A stretch of 64,000 nt of DNA from Malacoraja senta (taxonomy: Eukaryota): assembly GCA_038087875.1 (NCBI GenBank), contig CM075990.1, positions 16,246,001 through 16,310,000 of the forward strand, written 5' to 3'. Positions 1 to 12,165 of this stretch are shown piece after piece. Numbering within the stretch: the stretch's first letter is position 1; each line of letters opens with the position of its first letter. The translations under genes were made by a program, and so were the position numbers. The notes beneath the pieces were generated by a model. The model was not told the DNA's origin, did not search any database, and saw only the letters and a list, made by a program, of their open reading frames with translations.

Positions 1-880
1 CTACAGCGTCTCTTCAAGGCGCCGCAGCAGACGATGAGGGTGAGGGGGATGACAATCACACATGCCACAGTAATCACCACGCCGTTGATCAGCTTCTGGG
101 TCCCACTCGCGTGAGCCACCTCGTCAGTGGAGAAGATCACGCATTGCTCTTTCCTGGGGATGATCCCTTTCACACAGACACACACAATGTACTTGTTCTG
201 CGGCATCAAACCATCAATGGTGATCTTGGTCTTCCCGGGACCCACGTTTATCCTCTTCATGTCCCTTTCACCAAAGGTTGTGTACAAAATGCTAAAAAGT
301 GTGACGTTTGTTGCCTTGGGTGACCGCCAAGCCAATGATACACTGTGATAGGTGCCCCCTATCACTCTGACTGTTCTCACTAAGCAGTCTGCTTCAGGTG
401 TGGTCAATGAAGGTCTCAACGTTACATTGCTGGAATCATCGACACTTCTGCGATTTTCCAACAAGCTGGTAATTTTGGAAGGATTCATCTTCAGGGAAAT
501 AAACTCCGGGGCATTTGTTTCTGGATCCAACTGATCTTGGTGCAGGGTGAAGTAATCCGTCCCACCACTGGAATAGGAGCTCCTAGGCGTCTCTCTGGGT
601 GAAACCGTGTTGGTCAGCATGCTCACGTACTGGGCCATCAGTTTCCTATTGCGTTGGGCAGCTTTCTGATTTCCCCGTTTTCTGGGACATCTCCATCCTG
701 GCGTGCTTTTGATCGGTACCTTTGCCTTGGCAGAGTCAACCACAAGCAGGGACATCATAGCCCCAGATGTTCCTATCAGATTACTGGCTCGACACAAATA
801 TTCACCAGAGTCTTGGTAGGATATATCAGCTAGCCTGAGAGTAGACCCCTTCTGGGTCCTGTTGGTGTAATCCAGTATCA
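1..880 (-). CDS. LRIT1: LRIT1 coding exon 4, partial (end of Ig, linker, fibronectin type III, transmembrane helix); continues beyond window edge
   Basis: tcttgcag| acceptor at 880; open frame VILDYTNRTQKGSTLRLADISYQDSGEYLCRASNLIG...VRTVRVIGGTYHSVSLAW...ITIDGLMPQNKYIVCVCVKG...EQCVIFSTDE...QKLINGVVITVACVIVIPLTLIVCCGALKRRC. Confidence 0.93.
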
Positions 881-2545
881 CTGCAAGACACAATGAATGA
901 ACCATATGCTGTTAAATTCATGGTACAAGGGTCAAGCATTATCTTTTTACTTCAAAGTTGAAATACATCCTTTGTCCTTTCTCATTTGTTTTGCTTTTAG
1001 GAGACCTGATAGAAGTTGATATAAAATTGTGGGAGGCATAGATAGGGTAGACAGTCAGAGTCTTTTTCCCGGCATAGAAATGTCAAATGCAAGAGGGAAT
1101 AGGTTTAACGTGAGAGGAGGAAAGTTTAAAGGGAGGAATGGGGCACTTGTTTTCTGACACAGAGTGTGGTGGGTGCCTGGCAGGAGATTTCAAGGTTGCA
1201 GAAGCTTTTAAGTGGCTTTTAGACAGGCATGTTAGCATGCGCGGTATGGATATGGACCATGTTTAGGCAGATGGGGGATAGCTTAATTTAGCATGGTTGA
1301 TAAAGATACGTGGGTCTGCTCCTGTATTTTACTGTTCCATGTTCAATATTTTGTTTGCATTAATTGTTAAATAAACTTTATAACCCATACTTACAGATGT
1401 GAGCCAATTCTTAAGTTCACAAGCTCATAATCTTAGGAGCAGAATTAGGCCATTCAGCCCATCAAGTCTACTCCATCATTCAATCATGGCTGATCTCTCT
1501 CTCCCTAACCCCATTCTCCTGCCTTCTCCCCATAAACCCTGAAACCCATACTAATCAAGAATCTGTCTATCTCTGCCTTAAAAATACCCATTGACTTGGC
1601 CTCCACAGCCTTCTGTGGCATTCAATAAATAGGATAGGTTCTTCCTTGTTAAAGCCTGAAACTTATTATGTCAAAATACTGTAGATACTACTGTACTATA
1701 ACAACAATTGGTTATTGATCAGTTGAGAACAATTTCCTGCAAGAAATTCTGAACAATGCTCCTTATGGGATAGGTCAAACAGGTGGATAAAACTAGCAAA
1801 TAGTTGTGATTTGTATTTTGTGTGTTCTGCGCAATTGTGTTCAAAGGGGTCATCCCCTAGAACAAATGTCAAGATTTTAAACATTCACCATATTTCATAG
1901 GATACTGCATGTAAATTTAACCTGTATCAGTACTGTGTGAATCAATGATTCTAACTCTGATTTACTGAGAAAGAATGCAAGTTTCAACAGACCCTCAATC
2001 TTGTGAATGGAGACACAAGGAACTGCAGATGCTGGAATGAGAAAAGCACAAAGTGCTGGAGTAGCTCAGCAGGTCAGGAAGCATTTCTGGAGGTAAGTGA
2101 TGTTTCAGGGGTTGAGGCCTTTCTTCAGACTGGGGGGGGTGTGGGGGGCAGGCAAAGCCACGAAAATGATAAGTGGATACAGGTGAGGGAGGTGTTGATA
2201 CAACTCTGTGAATCTTTAACATAACTTTGCCAAATGCACCTCCAGATTCAAGGGCAGTTTCTTATCAGCTGTTATCAGGTGACCTAACCATCCTACCAAC
2301 AACTAGGGAGCAATCCTCAACTACTTTCATATATTCTCACTGGAGACCCTTGGACTATCTCTGATCGGACTTTACCTTGCACTAAATGTTATTCATGTTA
2401 TTCCCTTTATATTGTACCAGTACACTATGAGTGGCTTGATTATAATCATGTATAGTCTGTCCGCTGACTGGTTAGCATGCAACAAAGGCTTTTCACTGTA
2501 CCTCGGAACACGTGACAATAAACTAAACTCAACTCAATCTTACTT

Positions 2546-2685
2546 GGCTTCTTCTTGTTTATGGCGTGCACAGCCTAAAGTTGTAGGACAACTTGTTCTA
2601 TTTGATCTTATTTGATTGTGCACGCCATGTTGATTGCATTCGTCGAAACAGGGCGGACCACGTGAAGGTTGCAATCTCCCACCCT
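2546..2685 (-). mobile_element. Short non-LTR retroelement 3' fragment (RTE-like, (GAA)n tail)
   Basis: cttcttcttg tail on + followed by repeat-like body; family assignment from recall only. Confidence 0.4.
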
Positions 2686-2721
2686 CTTACTTGGCTGCGA
2701 TGCTCTGATACCTACCTGTAC

Positions 2722-3027
2722 CTGTCCCGTTCAGCAGCATGTTATCCGTTCGACTCCAGCTGATAGTCGGGCTGGGAACTCCGGTGGTTGCACAGTGAAG
2801 AGAGACTGTGCTTCCAGGGACTGCAGTCACTTTACCTTCTGCTGCACGGATGCTGGGGCTCTGGCACCTACTCAGCTCAAAGCTGCTAAAGAGAGCTCCG
2901 GAGAGATGTTCAGGCCGGGAGCACTTTAATCCGGGATCCATCAATGTTGCTGTTGGATTGTGCATCTTAACAAAATGAACTAGTTCTGATAACCGGCAGT
3001 CACAGTCCCAAGGATTGTTATGTAATC
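2722..3027 (-). CDS. LRIT1: LRIT1 coding exon 3 (LRR C-terminal cap + first half of Ig domain)
   Basis: ttcaacag| acceptor; GLHNNPWDCDCRL...C..P..L.G...ELSRCQSP...VSLHCATTGVPSPTISWSR...LNGT; 306 nt, phase 1-1. Confidence 0.93.
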
Positions 3028-3265
3028 CTGTTGAAGAGAATATGTTTGCATATTTTCTTAAATGAAACAAAAACACCATGCTGTGCAATATCAGCTGTAA
3101 ATCCATCTATTATAATTTATTTAATGGATTATTTATCCATTGCAGCATGTAGCAAATATTTAACATGAGGCAGAGATTATTTAAAGTGAAAAGGGAACAA
3201 AATCTGCAGCTAAGTCTCCCCAAAACCCAGCACAATTCTCCCCAAAGAAATGCAGTGAGTGGATT

Positions 3266-3578
3266 AGTTTAGTTTAGTTTGGTTTAGAGTTACAGCATGG
3301 AAGCAGGCCCTTCGGCCCACCGAGTCCAATCTGATCACCGTACACCAACACTATCCTACACACGAGAGATGATTTACAATTTTTACCAAAGCCAAATTAA
3401 CCAACAAACCTGTACGTCTTTGGCGCTTGGGAGGAAGCCTGAGCACCCGGGGGAAACCCACAGCACGCAGTCACGGGGAGAAGGTGCAAACTCTGTACAG
3501 AGAGCACCCGTAGTCAGGATCGAACTCAGGTCTCTTGCTCTGTAAGGCAGCAACTCTACCGCTGTGCCACCGTGCCAC
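3266..3578 (-). mobile_element. tRNA-derived SINE (HE1-like elasmobranch SINE)
   Basis: On minus: A box (GGCACGGTGGCACAGCGG), B box (GAGTTCGATCC), CR1-like tail GGGCCGAAGGGCCTG ending in (CTAAA)n; many related copies in the window. Confidence 0.85.
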
Positions 3579-5440
3579 ACCTTGTTACTTAAAAAAAGGG
3601 CTGGAATGGTGGTGCAGAGGCTAACCCTGCTGCCTCAATGCTCCAATGAATTAGGCTTGATCCTGACATTGAATGCTCTCTTCATGAAATCTGTATGTTA
3701 TTTCTGGGACTCTGTCCGTTTATCCAGGTTGCTTCAGTTGCCAAAGCTCTAGAATTCCCTCCTTAAATCTCTTCACCACCCAGTCTAAATTTCTTCCCAA
3801 AATCCTGGCTCCCTGACCAAGCTCCTGTCCCCTGCCCTGGTTTGAATGGTATTAGTTTGATAATCATCTAGTTAGTACTCTTTTGGCTGTGAAATTAAAG
3901 GTCCATAAATGAGTCACTGCTTTGTTGTTAGACTTGGTTATAGTTAGGATGAAGTCTAATATTTCCCAATTATTGTTTTATATTGCAGGATTAAAACTTA
4001 TTACTTCACATTTTTTAATTTTACACTTTGTGTAAAAAATGAGGGCTTCAGTCAGTTAGTGAACTAACACCTGGGATTTTTTTCAACACAATTTTCGTTA
4101 GGGAATAACTACTAATCGATAACTACTAACTACTAGTCTGAAGAAGGGTCTCAACCCGAAAAGTCACCCATTCCTTCTATCCAGAGATGCTGCCTGTCCC
4201 ACTGAGTTACTCCAGCATGTTGTGTCCAACTACTAATCGACGTTAAGTGTGGGTCTCTGAACATATACCCACGGCATCTAACAGTGTGTGTCGAGTTTAA
4301 ACCGAGGCAAGTTGTACATGTCAGCCAGATGCTGTACTTCATCCAGATCAGGGTAATTTGCTTAATTTTATTAAGTTCTTCAGACTTTATTCTTCAGACT
4401 GAAGAAGGGTTTCGGCCCGAAATGTTGCCTATTTCCTTCGCTCCATAGATGCTGCCGCACCCACTGAGTTTCTCCAGCAATTTCTGTCTACCTTCGATTT
4501 TCCAGCATCTGCAGTTCCTTCTTGAACATGTTTAAGCTTGTTATACCCAGGGTAATGGTTGGGTCAAGATAGTCCCAGAAAAAAATTGGAAGTACTCAAA
4601 CTGAGGTCAGGTGAGGCTGCATAAGGCAGGTTCTGGTCTAGTTTGAATTTATAGTGAAATTAATTGGGAATGTTTCAGTTTACAGAAGTACAATAAACCA
4701 GTGCAGGAAGAAAACAGGTAATTGATAATTTGGAAATAAGATGATCTATGCACAAGTATATCTGATCTTCAAATATGCATTCCTACCTGTTTAGTCATCT
4801 TTTTCCAATAGATTGGAAAGTTTACCTGTTTGGTAATGTTTATCCGCTGACTGGTTAGCACGTAACAAAAGCTTTTCACTGTGCCTCGGTACACGTGACA
4901 ATAAACTAAACTGAACAGTTGAGTTTAAGACAGTTTGATAGACCAGTTTAAAGTACATGAACCACAGCTAGGCAACAACTTATCAGTACAGATTTTGGAG
5001 ACTAGTTGAACTTGTGTCACTTCCATGAACACAAGCTGGTTCAGCAACAATGTGGAAATTTGTAAGCAAAGAAAACACATACAAATGTTGCATTGATAAA
5101 AGCTATTATTAACAGAGGGGAAATATTATTTAAATGACAGTTATGAGAGAGGAAGGTGAGGAACTCATTAGGTTGTACCCAGGTGATAATGTTAAGCAGT
5201 AACCCATGTTTAGTCAATTGGGGGATAGTTCACTGAAACATTTCCTACTGGTTGTTTTCTCACAGATGACCATTAGATGGCAGGCTAACCCAGAGATGAA
5301 CCAGCAACTTGCAGAATTGGGACTGGATGAGGAATGATGAACAGAATTGATTTTTTGGGACTGGCTCAATTAAATGAGGTTATTTTCATTTATAGCAGCA
5401 GACAGGAGTTCAAGAAGCTCTAACAGTACATATAAAGTTA

Positions 5441-5667
5441 AGGGCCTGTCCCACTTTCACGACCTAATTCGCGACCTCTGCCGAGTTTGCCCTTGACTCA
5501 TACTCGCAGCATGGTCGTCACGAGGTCGTAGGAGGTCGTAGGTAGGTCGTGATGCTAGTCGTAGGTACTTGTGGCATCAAGTAGGTCGGGGCGTTTTTCT
5601 AGCCTGATGAAAAATGTCCACGAGTAAAAAAGGTCGTGAATTAGGTCGTGAAAGTGGGACAGCCCCT
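5441..5667. mobile_element. Non-autonomous DNA transposon (MITE), probably PIF/Harbinger type
   Basis: Terminal inverted repeats AGGGCCTGTCCCACTTTCACGACCTAATTC / GAATTAGGTCGTGAAAGTGGGACAGCCCCT; flanks TTA/TTT; internal GGTCGT repeats. Confidence 0.75.
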
Positions 5668-6910
5668 TTTGCCAGTTTAGTGCTTTCACCAAAGTCAAAA
5701 TTGACTTAAGTCTGATCTTTAAAATGTTGAAAAGTTCTTTAACAGTTATCTTTACTAAGACAAAATATTGAGTTAGCAAGAAACAAGAGACATTTTTAAT
5801 CAAAACAATTTATAGGGTTAAGTTACTCATATTAATCTGGATGCCTAATGTCAGGGGCATTAGCTTAAGTTGTGGAAGTTTAATTTAAGCGATAGAAGCA
5901 GATACAATTGTGAATTTTAAAAGGCATTTGGTCAGATGTATGGAAAGCAAGGGTTTAGTGGACTATGGGCCAAATACAATCAAATGCCTCTAGTCCAATA
6001 TGCCAGCTTGGTAGGCATGAACAAGGTGGGCTGAATGGTCTGTGTCCATGCTGTACATCTCTATGACTAAAAGCCTCCATGGTAGTTTGAGAATTTAAGT
6101 TCAGTTAACTAAATAACTTGCAGAAATAAAAAGATGGTCTCCATACCATTTGGTTGTCCTAACAGCTCATCTGGTTTGGGGATATTTTTCAAATAAGGAT
6201 ATCTCTACCTGTTGTAGTATATATGCAGTAGCAATTTGTGGATGACTAACTATCTGAATGAGCGGAGAAATGTAAGGGCAATGGAAAAATGAACACTAGA
6301 TGCTGGCCTTCCGATTAACATCCACATCCCACCAGCAAAGTCAAACAATTCTAAGTGACAATGATAGCAAAAAAAAAAAAAAAAAATGTTTAAGCAAAAT
6401 CAAATGAGAATTATAAGTCTTTGTTATTGGTAACCATGCAACTTTTCCAAAATGGTTAACATAATATTAACTGACTGGAGATTTAAAACAATAATTCAGC
6501 TACAAATCTCTTTAAATATAAAATTATTTAGATCCATTATTTGGATGCACCTTTAGAAAGGAGATGAGGATGAATTTCTTTAGTCAGAGGGTGGTGAATT
6601 TGTGGAATTCATTGCCACTGACATCTGAGGAGGCCAAGTCATTAGGTATTTTTAAAGTGGAGATTGACAGATTCTTGATTAGTAAGGGCGTCAAAGGTTA
6701 TAGGGAAAAGGCAGGAGAATGGGGTTGAGAGAGAAAGATAGATCAGCCATGATTGAATGGCGGAGTAGACTTGTTGGACTGATGGCCTAATTCTGCTGCT
6801 CTGGGTTAGGATTGATGAATTGGTTCACGAATGTTTCTATCAAACAATACAATTCGAATTAAAAAATACAATTCGACCAAATATAGAAAATCATCATTCT
6901 TCCTGCTTAC

Positions 6911-7383
6911 CTATGATCAGTTTTGAATGAATGGTGGATAAAATCACTCTGGCCGTGGGAGGAATCACCAGCCACATCGAGATGCCACTGATTGAGAGAG
7001 TCCTCAGCCTGTTATTTGATAAATCCAGATAGGTGATGTTTTTGAAGTAGCTACCTGCTTGAGAGGGGAATGATGAGAGAACGTTGTTATGCAGGTCAAG
7101 GAGCCAGAGACGAGGTAGGTGCGAGAGGGCTTCCCACGGGAAGGTTGACAGTACATTGTCGTTTAGCCGAAGTTCCCTCAGTCTGATCAGACCCTGAAGA
7201 CTCTCCCCACTGAACTCACTGATGGAGTTGAAGGCCAACCTGAGACACTCCAGCCGGGAAGCAGAGGAGAACACCTGTGCGGAAACTTGTCTGACTAATG
7301 TTCGCTGGATCACCAGTGTTAAAGTGTCATCAGGAATGTTACCTGGAATCAAAGTCATTTCTGGATTGTTGCACAGTACAGTC
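6911..7383 (-). CDS. LRIT1: LRIT1 coding exon 2 (leucine-rich repeats)
   Basis: ttttcag| acceptor; LxxLxLxxN repeats (LECLRLAFN, LRELRLNDN, LWLLDLHNN, ITYLDLSNN); G|GTAAGC phase-1 donor. Confidence 0.93.
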
Positions 7384-8653
7384 CTGAAAAGTAAGAAGAA
7401 AGTCTCCTGTTTGTGCACTTAATTTTTCACAGCCTGTAAAACATTTCAACGGTCAGTTAAAATAAGTGAAACCATTGTCGTCACTCATCAACTTTTCAAT
7501 TGTTCCAACTTTCACCCACCCCCTTTTGAAAGGTATTTGAAAGGTACCAGCCAATAACCCCCCATCACCTGTATCCACCTAGCACTTGCCAGGTTTTGGT
7601 CCCCCCTACCCTCTGACACCTCTCTTTTACAGCTTACTTGGAGGCCAGGTGTATAATTTGCCTTACTGGTCAATACAACAAGCAAACAACGAGCACCACA
7701 CATTACAGAAGCAGTTAATGAAGTCCCAACCAGAAACATCACCTATCCATGTTTTCCAGAAATGCTGCCTGACCCACTCAATTACTCCTGCACTTTGTGT
7801 CTTTTCTTTAAACCAGCACCTGCAGTTCTTTTTTTCTACTCGAGCAGAAATGACAGCAAATGCAGTTTAAGGTTCATCTCCACCAGCACTGAGCAATTGC
7901 CTGTGGGTCGATGTCACTGTGTGTGCGTGTGAGAAATGATAGCAGATTTAGGAGCAGGCAAGGGGCAAGTGGAATGATTCCCTGAGCATTTATATTATGT
8001 AGCCCTATCTCTCCAGGAATATTAAGCATTTCTGAAGAATCCTTCAAAGGTCTAATTTGTCACCAAGCCCATTGTCTGCATTCAGCATTACTATGTACCA
8101 TACATTGTGGAATCTAAAGACTCACATCTTAATAAATAGATCACATCATTATTAATCAACAGATAGAAAGTGTACTGGCCATTAAGAATAAATGGATGAA
8201 GAGCTAAATGGCTTTTGACCACGTATTATTGTGATAATGTAAATCTCAATCACACTGACCCCTTGTTTATCACTTTCCAAAATTGACTGTTATCTTGCAG
8301 TTTACCATTTTGCTTAACATTAGAATTCAGTGAATTGTATTATAAAAAAATAAACTATTAAACACCCTGAACAGGAATTAGACCTTTCAAACACAACCTT
8401 GTGTGACAGCATTTTCAGTCTATGAAATATTTTCAAAAATATCCAGGCCAAGTTTATAATCTACCATTCTCCAGAACACATGTATGCTGATATCATTCGG
8501 ATCAGTAAATATAACCATTTTTAAGAGCACAATCAAAATGAACCAGTTTGCACATAATAAATGTTGTGGTACAATACTTGCAAACTGTGCATGTGTTGTC
8601 GGTCAGTTATAACCCCCTCCGTATCCAAGATCAGTGTTAAACTGCTGAGATAC

Positions 8654-8775
8654 CTTGCCTTGAGTTCATCGATGCTGCTGTGGAAGGTACAGGTGCACTG
8701 TGGAGGACACAGGCAGAACCCTACAGCGAGAGAACCAAACCACAACCAGGAACACAACCAAGCGGCAAGCAACAT
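8654..8775 (-). CDS. LRIT1: LRIT1 coding exon 1 (signal peptide + LRR N-terminal cap)
   Basis: ATG at 8775; MLLAAWLCSWLWFGSLAVGFCLCPPQCTCTFHSSIDELKA(R) has a hydrophobic leader and CPxxCxC cap; AG|GTATCT phase-2 donor; joins exon 2 to give KARTVLCNNPEMT, matching LRIT1 KARTVVCNDPDMT. Confidence 0.9.
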
Positions 8776-8918
8776 TTTCCTTGCTGCGCAGGACACGAAT
8801 GATCCAAAGGTCTCTCCGGCTTAATTCCGTTTCGGCAGCATCTCCTGCCGTCGCAGTTCACCGTCCCACAGTGCTCATCTGCCGCAGAGTGAATCCGGAG
8901 ATAAAAAAGGATAGAGGA

Positions 8919-8925
8919 GGATTAA
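8919..8925 (-). promoter_or_regulatory. Candidate CRX/OTX2 (K50 homeodomain) site TTAATCC ~145 bp upstream of the LRIT1 ATG
   Basis: GGATTAA on + strand; LRIT1 is a photoreceptor gene, but a short motif alone is weak evidence. Confidence 0.4.
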
Positions 8926-10464
8926 GGAGGGCTTTTTAGTTATTTTCACTCAGATGCTTATTGCTTCTGCAAACGTGCAATTGACATGTGGCCTGAGAAT
9001 AGCAGGCCAATGTTGTACTCGTGAATGGTGAGCAATAATGTGGATGTCCCATAGATAGACACAAAATGCTGGAGTAACTCAGCGGGACAGGCAGCATCTC
9101 TGGAGAGAAGGAATGGGTGACACTTCGGGTAGAGACCCTTCATAAGAAATTCACTCGGGTCGAGACTCAATAGACAATAGGTGCTGGAGTAGGCCATTCG
9201 GCCCTTCGAGCCAGCACCGCCATTCAATGTGATCATGGCTGATCATCCCCAATCAGTACCCCGTTCCTGCCTTCTCCCTATATCCCCTGACTCCGCTATT
9301 TTTAAGAGCCCTATCTAGCTCTCTGTTGAAAGCATCCGGAGAACCTGCCTCCACCGCCCTGTGAGGCAGAGAATTCCACAGACTCACCACTCTCTGTGAG
9401 AAAAAGTGAGACTCTGTGAGACTCTTCATAAGACATTCATAAAAGGGGTCTCTACCCGAAACGTCACCCATTCCTTCTCTCCAGAGTTGCTGCCTGTCCC
9501 GCTGAGTTCCTCCAGCATCAGTTTAAACCAGCATCTGCAGTTCCTTCCTACACAATGTGGATGTCCCAGTCTTTTATCCATTGATTCAATGCAAGCGATA
9601 GCCTTGGCAGAGAAGATGAAGGAAAATCCCAAGAGATTCAATAATAAAGATGAGAGGAAGGGTAACCCGTAAAGATTCGGCCCCCTTGAGGGTCAGTGTG
9701 GTTGTCTACAGGAGATGAGTGTGGAGTTAAATGAATATTTATTGGATGAATTTACCATGGAGAAAGTCATGGAATTCCTGGAGATAAGGGAAATGAAGGG
9801 TGATACTGGAGCCGCAGATGCTGGCTTACAAATAAAAGACATGGAGTAACTCAGCCCTTCAGGCAACATCTCTGGAGAACATGGAGTGGCAACAGATCCC
9901 GATCAGAACATCACCTATCCGTCTTCTCTACCGTCTAGAGTGGCTTTTGACGAAGAGGGCTACATTGGAGCATGCAGTATGTGTATTACAACAGAGGAGG
10001 TGCTGGTGGTCTTAAAGCAGCTCAAGGTGGTAAATCCCCGGGATCTGAGCACGTATGTCCATGAACATTGTGGGAAGTTAGGGAAGAAATTGTAGGAGTC
10101 CTGGCACAGATATTTACATCATCTTTATTCACGGGTCAGGTACCGGAAGACTGGAGATGGCTAATGTTGTATCTTTATTTCAGAAGCCAAGGGCTGCAAG
10201 GACAAGGCAGAGAACTGCAGGCCTATGGTGTAGAGATCTGCTCACCCAAGCAGAATGCAGGTCATTATGCTTAAAGCGGTGCAGAAAAGATTCATGAGGA
10301 TGTTACTGGGAATGGGGGGCGATTGAGTTATGAGGAAAGGCTGGGAATTTCTTTTCCCTGGAGCACAGGGGATGAGGAGCTGAGAGAAATAAATAAAATC
10401 ATGAGTGTCATAGATCAGGTGGGTAGTCAGTCTTTTTCCTAGAGTAGGGGCATCTATGGTTAGA

Positions 10465-10686
10465 GCGGCACAGTGACACAGCTGGCAGAGCTGCTGCCTT
10501 GAACCACCAGAGACCCGGGTTCGATCCTGACCTCAGGTGCTGTCTGTTTCCCGTCTGCACGTTCTCCCTGTGGCCACGTGGGTTTGCTCCGGGTGCTCCG
10601 GTTTCCTCCCAAATCCTGAAGATATGCGGGTTTATAGATTAAACGGCCTCAGTAAAATTTCCCGAATGTGTCGGAAAGGAATGGGA
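10465..10686 (+). mobile_element. tRNA-SINE 5' part, interrupted by the DIRS element (3' part at 15412-15506)
   Basis: A/B boxes (GGTTCGATCC at 10518); sequence resumes after 15411 with the SINE 3' half and (TAAA)-type tail; the SINE itself sits inside a CR1 fragment. Confidence 0.8.
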
Positions 10687-11239
10687 TAAAATAGTAAGAT
10701 TAAACGAGAACTTACCAGTTTGAAGTTTGATCTGTATTTTATGAGGAGTTACGATGAGGGATTACGTGAAGAACCCGCTCAGTGCGCAGGCGCGGCATAC
10801 TTCCAAGCAGCGGTGTGGAATCACAGATAGACACAGGTATTTGAAGTAAACATAGTAAAGAAAAGGAGACATCAATTTATTAGTTTAATCCATATAATGA
10901 GGGTGGGAGCGGAGGGCACGTAATCCCTCATCGTAACTCCTCATAAAATACAGATCAAACTTCAAACTGGTAAGTTCTCGTTTAATCTTACTATTTTACT
11001 TCGGAGTCACGTGAGTGACTTCGTGAAGATTTCAAAGCTCTGTGATTTCAAACCGTGTAACAGTTTTATTTCACTCACTGCCGAAAGTTCTTGAGGGAGG
11101 AAGTGTTATCGTAATCAACCTATGAATCTGTTTCTCAAGAAACACAAAAGGTAGTTATTAACAATAACAAAATTAAAGTGCTCCCCCGGGCTTAACTTAA
11201 ATATTTGCAGCTTGTAATATTTTGTCTGCAAATAAATCA

Positions 11240-12165
11240 GGTTTCATCAACGGCTTATTATAAAAGTTCTGAATGTCGTTTCCCTCGACCATCCTGCTGT
11301 ATTCAGAATATGGTCAACCGGTACGTCCATTCTGTCGGCCGTTGATGTAGATGCTGCCCTAGTGGAATGAGATTTAAATGTATTAGTATCTATTCCGGCA
11401 GCCTTCAGTACCTGTTTGAGCCATCTTGAAATGGTTTGGCTCGTTACCCGGCCATGAGGTTTCTTGTGGCTGACCCATAAGGCTTTTTCACTCCCTCTGA
11501 TATTGTGGGTTGTGTCTATGTAATGTTGTAGATGGGTCACGACACACAACCGTGGCTCTTGTGGGTAGGCCCGGAATACCACCAGTGGATTAGCTGTTCC
11601 TGGCCTGCTTTGCTTCACCAGACCCTGTATGATGAATGTGATCTGATCTGGGGCGGTCACCATGTTGTCCAGCCTTAACTTGTGTAGTGACTGGACCCTC
11701 TGAGTGGATACGAGTGCCATCAACATGAGCGTCTTTAGTGTAGATTGCTCGAGGCTGAGGGATCTGGCTGGTGGCCATTCCCTGAGGTATGTCAGGACCA
11801 CACTGATATCCCAAATATGGGTATACCTGGGTTTAGGGGCTTGATATCATAAATGCCCTTCATCAGTTTTACCACCAGTGGATGGGATCCCATTGCCTGT
11901 TGTCCTGCTGGTTTGAGATAAGCAGAAAGAGCACTTCGCGCTGTGTTGATGGCACTGTAACTGATCCCTTCATCATGGTGTAGATGGGCCAGGAATTCCA
12001 GTACGTTGGTGGCTGTGGCTGTTGCATACGTTGTCCCTGTTTCCTGGCAGTACTTCTCCCATTTTCTTATGCTGATTCAGTACTGCTTCTTGGTGGATGT
12101 TCAAAGGGATGCCGACATGGTGGTGATGGTTCGTTCGGACAATCCCTGTTCCAGGTAAGATCTAT
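11240..12165 (-). pseudogene. DIRS tyrosine recombinase (stops and frameshifts)
   Basis: SYSAINTARSALS N-terminal part; QRVQSL, KQSR, HSTRAASTS, AGWS..TF motifs; catalytic Tyr lost by a 1-nt deletion. Confidence 0.9.

Noticed and set aside
10465..10540. tRNA gene (A/B boxes)
   Set aside because: Head of a tRNA-derived SINE; continues into SINE body and LINE-like tail
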